64,000 nt of DNA from Myxococcales bacterium (lineage in GTDB: Bacteria; Myxococcota_A; Polyangia; Polyangiales; DASUME01), in NCBI GenBank assembly GCA_047601445.1, contig JASGJH010000001.1, positions 4,992,001 through 5,056,000 on the forward strand, in the 5' to 3' direction. Below are positions 1 through 11,700 of this stretch, in pieces; position 1 is the stretch's first letter; every line of letters begins with the position of its first letter. Under the pieces are notes generated by a model. The model did no database searches. It worked only from the letters and a program-made list of their open reading frames with translations, and was not told the origin of the DNA. Position numbers and translations under genes: made by a program.

Positions 1-2845
1 AGCGGCGCGAGATTTGAGTCGCCGCCGACTGCATCGACTCCAGGTGGCAGACGTCGGCAGACAGGGCCAGCACCTCGGCGCCTGCGGCCTCGAGGCGCTG
101 GATCTGCCGGATGCGGGCGCTTACGGGGTCATGCTCGTCGTGATCTGCCAACCAGTCCGCGAAGTAGTCGCGGTCGGGGATGGGCGTGCGGCCGATCAAC
201 ACCAGGCGCGGCTTGATGCGGCGCGTGATCTCCTCGGCCAGTGCCCTGCCCACGCCGCCGAAGCCGCCGACGATGAGATAGGTGCCGCCCGGGCGCAGGC
301 CGCGCTTGTTGTCGGAAGGAATGGCCGGTGAGGGCAGCAACGTACGCTCGTAGAGCTGACGCCCGCGCACCGCATAGAGGCCGCGCCGCGATCCGCTGAT
401 CTCGGCGAACAGGCGGTCGAGCAGGCGGTCGTGCCAGCGCTTGGTGCCGAAGGGCAACAGCAGCGCGCGGCGTGCGCCGACCGGGATGTCCACGTCGAAA
501 GCGATGGTGCTGACGGTGGGTTCCTCGAACGGCAGCGCGGCCAGCGGGCCGTACATCAAGGCCTTCTCGGGCGTGGCCACGGCCTCACCACCCACGCTCA
601 AGCAGCCGTTGGTCACGGCGGCGATGCGCATGGCGGGCTTCTTGTCGAGCTCCGCGAGTCCCTGCGCCAGACCGACCAGGGCCACGTAACCGCGCTCCAG
701 GTTGTGGTGGAAGCGCGCGCTCTCCGAGCGGAACGGCTCGAAGGAAGTGACGGTCCAGAAGTAGAGCAGGACGTCGGGCAGCTGATCCTGGGCCGCGAGC
801 TCGCCGATGAGCTCACGGAAGCCCTCCGCGCCGCGCTCGCAATCGATGAGGTAGTTGCCGTCGTTGTCGCGAGCCAGCGCCGGGCCAACGCCCATGCGCA
901 CCACGGTGACCGCGCAACCTGCGTCGTCGAGGCGCGCCAGTGCGCGCTCGCTGAAGCCGCTCTCTTCCGCGAACACCAGGTAACGTAGGTTGGGATTGAG
1001 CTCGACCTTGGGGCTGGCGACGCTCTTGGTGAAGACGCTGATCAAGCGCGGCAGCGCGCCCTGATTGGTCACCGGCACGCGGCCCACGCTGAGCTCGGCA
1101 CCGGGCTCGGGCGGGTCAATCCAGAACGCGCGGTGCTCGAACGGATAGGTGGGCAGACGCAGGAGCTGGCGGCCCTCGGTCTCGAACAGCGACGTGTCGA
1201 GTGTGGAGCCCGCCAGGAAGGTCTGGGCACGCGCGGCCAGCATGGTGGACGGGATCATGCTGGAGCGAGAAGAGCCCGGGAACGCCTCGAGCGCTTCGAG
1301 GGCTTCGTCTTCCGTGCCCACCACGAAGGCGGCGCGCACGGGAAGCTCGCGACGACCCAGGCGCAAGGTATGCGCGATGTCCGCGAGGGTCTCGTGGGGA
1401 TGCGCGCGCATGTGGGCCGCCAAACGGCGGCAGGACTGCACGAGCGCCTCCGAGGTGCGCGCACTGAGCACGAGGAGTTCGCCGTCCTCCTGCACCGGAG
1501 CGCGGAAGATGGACGGTGCTTCCTCGAGCACCAGGTGCACGTTGGTGCCTCCGACCGCAAGGCAGTTGACCAGGGCACGTCGCGGCCCGTCTTCGGAGGC
1601 CCAGTGTTCAGCGCGCGTGAGGACGCGGAAGGGTGAGGTCTCGAGATCCAGCATCGGATGCGGGACCCGGAAATTGAGCAGCGGCGGCAGCGTCTTCGTG
1701 TGCAGCGCCAGGCAGGCCTTGACCAGCGAGACCAGGCCCGAAGCGTGATCGGTGTGGCCGAGGTTCGGCTTGTTGGCGCCGAGCACGCAGAAGCCGATGT
1801 CGGAAGTCTGCGTCTGGAACGCATTGCGCAGCGCGTTGACCTCGATGGAGTCGCCGAAGGGCGTGCCCGTGCCGTGAGCTTCGACGTAGCCGATGCTGCG
1901 CGGATCGATGCCAGCGACCGCCATGGCCTCTTCGATAGCCTGCGAAGGTCCGTCGACGGACGGCGCGGCGTACCCGACCTTGCGGTGTCCGTCGTTGTTC
2001 ACGGCTGTACCGCGAATCACGGCGTAGATCTGGTGACCGGCGGCCACGGCGTCCTCGAGCCGCGCCAACGCGACCACGGCCACGGCCGCCGAGGGCAAGG
2101 TGCCCGCCGCTCGCGCGTCGAAGGTACGGCAGACTCCGTCGGGGGAATCGAGCCCGCCTTCTTCGTAGAGGTAGCCCGCGTCCTGCGGCACCCGCAACGA
2201 GGCGGCCGCCGCGACGGCGATGCGACACTCACGCCCCAGCAAGCTCTGACACGCGCTGTGCACGGCCAACGCACCGCTGGCGCAGGCCGCCTGCACGCCG
2301 ACGCAGGGCCCGCGCAGATCGAGCGCATAGGCCAGGCGCGAGGTCATGAAGTCTCGGTCGTTCCCGAGCCGGAACAGGTTCTGGAGACCGGTCTCCTCCA
2401 CCAACTCACGGTTGGGAAGGATGTTGTTGAGCATGTACTCGCTGGCCGAGGTGCCCACGAAGAGCCCGATGGGCCCCGGCGGACGCGCTGGGTCGATGGC
2501 GGCGTCTTCGAGCGCGGTCCACGTGCACTCGCACAGGTGGCGCAGCTGGGGATCCATCAACGCGGCTTCGCGCGGTGTGAAGCCGAACAGCTCGGGGTCG
2601 AAGTTGGCGAGCCCCTCGATGCGCCCGCCGCGGCGGATGTAGCGCGGGTGCTCGCGCATGCCTTCGGGCACGCGGGCGCGCTTGAGGTCCTCGTCGCTGA
2701 GGTCGTCGATCAGGCTCAGGTTGTCGCGCAGCTTGTTCCACAGCTGCATCGCATCGCCGGCCCCGGGCGCACGCAGCCCGATGCCGATGACTGCTACGGC
2801 CTGCTCGGGCAACTCTGCGTTGGGTGGCGACGACGAGTCGGTCAT
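1..2845 (-). CDS. Type I PKS, KS-(no AT)-KR; runs off the left edge
   Basis: Translated by hand because it has no stop in the window and is missing from the ORF track. ATG 2845, MTDSSSPPNAELPEQAVAVIGIG. KS motifs DPQLR, QAACAS, EAHGTGT, NLGH; then LPTYPFEH; KR motif GTYLIVGGFGGVG near 250-290. Confidence 0.92.
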   Translation of the reverse strand, partial: MTDSSSPPNAELPEQAVAVIGIGLRAPGAGDAMQLWNKLRDNLSLIDDLSDEDLKRARVPEGMREHPRYIRRGGRIEGLANFDPELFGFTPREAALMDPQLRHLCECTWTALEDAAIDPARPPGPIGLFVGTSASEYMLNNILPNRELVEETGLQNLFRLGNDRDFMTSRLAYALDLRGPCVGVQAACASGALAVHSACQSLLGRECRIAVAAAASLRVPQDAGYLYEEGGLDSPDGVCRTFDARAAGTLPSAAVAVVALARLEDAVAAGHQIYAVIRGTAVNNDGHRKVGYAAPSVDGPSQAIEEAMAVAGIDPRSIGYVEAHGTGTPFGDSIEVNALRNAFQTQTSDIGFCVLGANKPNLGHTDHASGLVSLVKACLALHTKTLPPLLNFRVPHPMLDLETSPFRVLTRAEHWASEDGPRRALVNCLAVGGTNVHLVLEEAPSIFRAPVQEDGELLVLSARTSEALVQSCRRLAAHMRAHPHETLADIAHTLRLGRRELPVRAAFVVGTEDEALEALEAFPGSSRSSMIPSTMLAARAQTFLAGSTLDTSLFETEGRQLLRLPTYPFEHRAFWIDPPEPGAELSVGRVPVTNQGALPRLISVFTKSVASPKVELNPNLRYLVFAEESGFSERALARLDDAGCAVTVVRMGVGPALARDNDGNYLIDCERGAEGFRELIGELAAQDQLPDVLLYFWTVTSFEPFRSESARFHHNLERGYVALVGLAQGLAELDKKPAMRIAAVTNGCLSVGGEAVATPEKALMYGPLAALPFEEPTVSTIAFDVDIPVGARRALLLPFGTKRWHDRLLDRLFAEISGSRRGLYAVRGRQLYERTLLPSPAIPSDNKRGLRPGGTYLIVGGFGGVGRALAEEITRRIKPRLVLIGRTPIPDRDYFADWLADHDEHDPVSARIRQIQRLEAAGAEVLALSADVCHLESMQSAATQISRR

Positions 2846-2847
2846 GG

Positions 2848-6111
<3,264 letters not shown>

Positions 6112-6118
6112 TGGCTGT

Positions 6119-8299
6119 TCAACTCGTAACTAGCTGCTGATACTTGCCTGGTCGTCCGGGGTCGGGCACGAACCAGGCCGGATTGCCGTGCTGATCGCGC
6201 CCGAGCCTCGCACCAGGCACCGGGGGCGCGCTGGCGAGCGCGGGCTTGGCTGGCTCCTCGGCTGGCACGAAGAACCCGCCGCGCTGCACTTCGTGGATGG
6301 CCTCCTTGAAGGCGTCGATCACGAAGGCGACGTCCTCATCGCTATGGGCCGTGGTCAAGAAGACCGGGCGGCCATCGTAGATGTGCACGCCGCGCATGCG
6401 CATGTGGGCGAAGAGGAGATCGCCGAAGGTCTGCTCGATGGAGTAGTGCCCCTTCATCATCGAGGTGAAGTGGCCGAACTCGAGCGGCACCCCCGCCTGT
6501 TTGGCGAAGGCGTTCATGCTGGTGGCGAGGTGCGTGGCGCGCGCGTTCACCGTGCGCTGCAGCTCCGGACCTTCCTTCTTGAGGTACTCGAGCGAGGCCT
6601 TGGCCGCGGCCAACGTGAGCGGATGGCGCACGAAGGTACCCGCGAAGTAGGTGACGCCCACTTCGGGCACCGAGCTGTCGCCGAACTGCCAGTAGCCGCC
6701 GTCGAGGGCGTCCATGTACTCGCGCTTGCCGGCGATCACGCCGATGGGCATGCCGCCACCCACGACCTTGCCGTAGGTCGCGATGTCGGCCTGCACGTCG
6801 AAGATCTCCTGGGCGCCGCGCTGAGCCGAGCGGAAGCCGCAGATCACTTCGTCGACGATGAAGACGATGTTCTCGTCGGTGCACAGCTTGCGTAGCGCGT
6901 GCAGGAACTCCTTGGGCTGAAGCTCCGGACGTCGGCTCTGTACGGGTTCCACGATGGCGCAGGCGATGTCGTCGGCCTTCTCGCGGATAATCTCGAGCGA
7001 CCTGGGGTCGCCGTAGTCCAGCACCAGCACGTTGCCGGTGTGCGAGCTGGGAATGCCCGCCGCCGCCGGCACGCTACGGCCCGAGGGCGTGCCGCGGACG
7101 ATGACCTCGTCGTTGATGCCGTGGTAGTCGCCGGTGAACATCACCATCAGGTTCTTGCCGGTGACCGTGCGCGCCATGCGGATGGCACCGAGCACGGCTT
7201 CCGAGCCCGTGTTGCAGAAGGCAGCGCGCTCATGGCCCACCATCTCGCAGAACATCTGGGCGACCTCGCCGGCCAGGTGGTGCTGCGGGCCGATCTCGAA
7301 GCCGTTCCGGACCTGACGCTCGAGCGCCTCCACCACGAAGGGCGCGGCGTGCCCGAAGAAACACGAGCCGTAGCCGCACAGCATGTCGATGAACTCGTTG
7401 CCGTCGATGTCCCAGATGCGCGAGCCCTGGGAGCGGGCGGCCACGATGGAGTAGATCATCTCCTTGAGGCGCGGGTGGAAGCCGCTGACGGTGCGCGGAT
7501 CGGCCAGGTGGGCGCGATGCTGCTGCGTGTACGCCTTGGAGGACTTGGTCTTCTCGTTGTAGCGCTGGATCAGCTGGTCGATGTGCTTCTGCTGACGCGG
7601 CGTGAGCTCGGTGTTGTCCTTGCGCTCGATGCGCACCTGGGCGCCGAAGGGCTTGGCGGCGGGGGCCGGTGCGTCGGCCGCGGGGGCCGGGGTCGCAGCC
7701 GCAGCGGGGGTGCCGTTGGCAGCAGGTGCGCTGGTGACGACCGGTGAGGCTGGGGTCGCACTCGGCTGCGCGACGGCCTCGGATTGCGGCGCCGCGACCG
7801 CGCTGGCCACGGCCAGGGGCTGACCCGAAAGCATGGCCAACTGACGCGCCATGATCTGCAGCTGCTGGGAGAACACGCGCTCGAGCGCGCTGGCCCCAGC
7901 GGGAGCCACGCCCACGGGCGCAGACTCGAAGGCCGCCAGCGGCAAGGCCACGGGCACTGCGGGCTTCGCGACGGCAACCGCGACGGCTGCCACGGGAGCG
8001 GGAGCGGGGGCCGCGGGTTGGGCGGCGGCGCCGTTGAACTGATCCTTGGGCAGCACCTGGTCGAGGTGCTGGGCCAGCGCGAGCATGGACGGGAACTCGT
8101 CGGTCAGCTGGCGCATACGCAGCTTCTGCTTGAACTCCTTGTTCAAGCGCGTGGTGAGCTGGGTCAGAAAGAGGGAGTCGAAGCCCAGGTCGAAGAAGCC
8201 CGTGGCGGCCGCGGTGTCGGGGAGATCACTCCCCGAGAGTTCGTTGGTAATGAGGCGGATGCGATCGGTGAGGGTGGGGACCCGGAGATCCTGAGTCAC
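6119..8299 (-). CDS. ACP fused to a class III (GSA-aminomutase-like) PLP aminotransferase
   Basis: N-terminal FFDLGFDSL, an Ala/Pro linker, then NTGSEAV, IVDEVICGFR and YGKVVGGGMPIG (PLP lysine). RBS AAGGAG upstream. Confidence 0.93.
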   Translation of the reverse strand: MTQDLRVPTLTDRIRLITNELSGSDLPDTAAATGFFDLGFDSLFLTQLTTRLNKEFKQKLRMRQLTDEFPSMLALAQHLDQVLPKDQFNGAAAQPAAPAPAPVAAVAVAVAKPAVPVALPLAAFESAPVGVAPAGASALERVFSQQLQIMARQLAMLSGQPLAVASAVAAPQSEAVAQPSATPASPVVTSAPAANGTPAAAATPAPAADAPAPAAKPFGAQVRIERKDNTELTPRQQKHIDQLIQRYNEKTKSSKAYTQQHRAHLADPRTVSGFHPRLKEMIYSIVAARSQGSRIWDIDGNEFIDMLCGYGSCFFGHAAPFVVEALERQVRNGFEIGPQHHLAGEVAQMFCEMVGHERAAFCNTGSEAVLGAIRMARTVTGKNLMVMFTGDYHGINDEVIVRGTPSGRSVPAAAGIPSSHTGNVLVLDYGDPRSLEIIREKADDIACAIVEPVQSRRPELQPKEFLHALRKLCTDENIVFIVDEVICGFRSAQRGAQEIFDVQADIATYGKVVGGGMPIGVIAGKREYMDALDGGYWQFGDSSVPEVGVTYFAGTFVRHPLTLAAAKASLEYLKKEGPELQRTVNARATHLATSMNAFAKQAGVPLEFGHFTSMMKGHYSIEQTFGDLLFAHMRMRGVHIYDGRPVFLTTAHSDEDVAFVIDAFKEAIHEVQRGGFFVPAEEPAKPALASAPPVPGARLGRDQHGNPAWFVPDPGRPGKYQQLVTS

Positions 8300-8729
8300 A
8301 TGAACTCCTTCGAGGGCACAGGTCGAAGCGGGCGGGTGCGTCCGCGAGCTTCACTACATGAGAGCCGATACACGAACGGGCACACGTGCTCGTGCATGGC
8401 CGAGCAAGCCCGGGTGGGCGCGCCAGCAGCATCGAGATGATAGCAGGCCACACCCAGCACTCGGAGCATCAAAAGTACGCGCGGACGGCCGCAATCTGCC
8501 CTGACGATTTGACCTTGTCGAGGGCACCGCGCCGTGGCGTTCTGTCGCGATTACCCGTTCGGGTAGGTGTCACGGCTGGGCGCGTAAGACAGCGAGATGC
8601 CGATGGTGTCCAGGATTCGGTGCACGCGCTCGAGCCGCGCGCGGCGGGATTGGCTGAGCGCGCCCCGAGTCGCTGACGATCACGCTTCGCGTCCAACAAC
8701 TGTACTCGGATCGCGCGCTGCTGCGTGCC

Positions 8730-11700
8730 ATGGTTACGGCCATGCCTGAAGCTGCTTCGGACCCCAGTTTGCTCGCCCTCGACACGGCCCAGGAGCGCTG
8801 GTGGTTGCTCGCTCAACTCGTACATCAGAGCCCAGCTCTTTACATTGCGCATGCGGTGCGCAGGCCGAGCGGACTCCCGCTCTCGGAGCTCACGACGTCC
8901 GTCGTTAATTGGGCGGAGGGCATCCCCGCCCTCAAGGCACTGGTGGAGGGCAGCGGCGAGCGTGCCCGGCGTCGGGTGGGTCCACAGGCCCATGTGAGTG
9001 TACGCACGATTGGCAGTCCCCTCGCGTTGGCTACTGCCGCAGCGCACGAGGTTCGCGCCGAAGCCAAGCGGGGGATCTCGCTCGAGCGTGGCCCGCTGCT
9101 TCGCGTGACGCAGATCGTGGCGCCCGACGGAGTCGCGCTCGTGTTCGTCAGCCACCGTGTGGTGGCGAGCCGCGAATTGCTGGCGAGTTGGTGTCGTCCG
9201 CTCGAAGGACAAGGTGCTCACGCCCGCGCCGCCGGCAACGACGCGACGCGCGCGCTTTCAGTGTCACTGGAGCGAGAGCGCGCTTTCCTCGCGAGTCCAG
9301 AGGCCAAGGCCCATGGTCAATCCGTCGCAACGCGCCTGCGCGGCCACGAGTTGTCGCTCGACCTGCCCACCGATCGCGTGCGCGCCGAAGAGCGGGACCT
9401 GGTCAGCAGTGAGCTGGTCCAGCCTCTGTCCGCGGCGTGCCGTAGCGCCCTCGGTCAGCTCGCCGCCCAGACCGGCGCGAGCTCCCAAGACGTCCTGAGC
9501 GCGGCTCTCGCGCTCATGCTGGCGCGCTATGCGCGGCAGAGAGACCTGGTGCTCGGAGAAGTGCTGCCGAGCGACCCGAGTGACCCGGGCGCGCGCGAGC
9601 CGAGCGCCATCTTGCGCCTGAACCTCGAGGGCAGACCCAGTGTGAGCCAGTTGGTGGAGCGCGTGGCGCGCGCGCGTGTAGAGGCCCGCGCGGATGCCCC
9701 CCTGCCATTCGAAGCCCTGCTCGGACAGCTCGCCCTCAAGCGCGACCCGAGCCGAAGCCCCATCTTCCAGGTGGAGTTTCGCCACCGAACACTCGCGCAA
9801 GAGGCCCTCATCGTGGACGCCGGAGGTCTCGAGCTCGACCTGAGCTTCGACTTCCTGGAGAGCCCCGGCGCGCTCACCTGCGTGGTGCGCTTCGCCACCC
9901 AGCTGTTCGACGCCGCCAGTGTGGCCCGCATGGTCGCGCATCTGGGCGAGCTCCTGTGCCGGATGGCTGCGGCCCCTGACCGGGAGGCGTTCCGCCTTCA
10001 GATGGTCACCGATCAGGAGCGCAGCGCGCTGCTCGGACCGGCCACCAACCTACCCGCCTACAGCGCAAGTCCGGCCATTCACCGCTGGGTGGAGGCGCGC
10101 GCCAAGGAGCGCCCCGAGGCACTGGCCATCACCTGCAACGGCGAATCCCTCAGCTACGGCGCCCTGAACCGCCGCGCCAACCAGCTGGCCCGTGCCCTGG
10201 TGGCCCGCGGCGTGGGTCGCGACCAGCGCGTGGTCGTGTGCATGGAGCGCTCGCTGGACCTGGTGGTGGCCCTGTTGGCGGTGCTCAAGGCGGGCGGCGC
10301 CTACGTGCCCATCGAGCCCACCAACCCCAAGGACCGCATCGACTTCGTGCTCGAGGACGCCCGCGCCATCCTGGCCCTCACCCAGCGTCCGCTGGCGGAC
10401 AAGGTGAGCGGCTCGGACGTGTTGTTCGTGGACGATCTGGGCGCCTTCGCGCAGCACGCCGAGGGGGACCTCGAGGGGCCCGACGTGCTCGAGTCGCTCG
10501 CCTACGTCATCTACACCTCGGGCTCCACGGGCAAGCCGAAGGGCTGCCTCATCGAGCACCGCCACGTGGTTCGGCTATTCCAGGCCTGCGACGCGTGGTT
10601 CCATTTCGGCCCCGACGACGTCTTCAGTGTCTTCCACTCGTTCGCCTTCGACTTCTCGGTGTTCGAGCTGTGGGGAGCCCTGATGTTCGGCGGACGCGCG
10701 GTGGTGGTGCCGCAGTCCGTAACACGCGCCCCGGACGACTTTCTTTCGCTGTGCGTACGCGAGAAGGTCAGCGTGCTGTGCCAGACGCCCTCGGCGTTCC
10801 GCCAGTTCGTGGCCAACGAAGCCAAGCTGGCCCCCGGCGCCCTGGCACTGCGGCTCGTGGTGTTCGGTGGCGAGGCGCTGGAGCTCGAGAGCCTGCGCCC
10901 GTGGTTCCAGAAGCACGGCGACAGCAAGCCCGAGCTCGTCAACATGTACGGCATCACCGAGACCACGGTGCATGTCACGTATCGCCCCATCCGCTTCGCC
11001 GACCTCGCCTTGGGTGCCTCCAGCGTGATCGGCGTGCCCATCCCCGACCTCTACGTGCACCTGCTCGACGAGGAGCAGAACCTGGTGCCGGTCGGTGTGC
11101 CGGGAGAGATCCATGTGGGCGGTGCGGGCGTCGCGCGCGGCTACTTGGAGCGCCCGGAGCTCACTGCGGCGCGCTTCGTGGACGACCCCTTCGTACCTGG
11201 GGCACGGCTCTATCGCTCGGGTGACCTGGCGCGCCTGCTGCCCCACGGCGAGCTCGACTACCTCGGACGCATCGACTTCCAGGTGAAGATCCGCGGCTTT
11301 CGCATCGAGACGGGAGAGATCGAGGCCGCCCTGCGACGCTCGGGCCTGGTGCGGGATGTCGCGGTGCTCACGCACAAGCAGGCCGGGGACGCGTTCCTGG
11401 CAGCCTACGTGGTGACCGACGCCACGCCCAACGACCTGCGCAGTGCGCTGCGACGCGAGCTCCCCGAATACATGGTGCCATCCGTGTTCGTGGTGATCCC
11501 GGAGCTGCCCATGAACGTGAACGGCAAGGTCGACCGCGCCGCGCTGCCGGAACCGCGCGAGGTCACGCAGACGGTGCAAGTCCGGCCGAGCTCGGAGCTC
11601 GAGCGCATCATCGCCAGCGTGTGGTGCGAGGTGCTGGGTCGCGACGAGGTCTCGGTCGACCAGAGCTTCTTCGATCTTGGCGGCAATTCCGGGCGTGTGG

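Noticed and set aside
8300..8729. tRNA or riboswitch in the divergent intergenic region
   Set aside because: No cloverleaf, T-loop or recognisable aptamer was found by eye.
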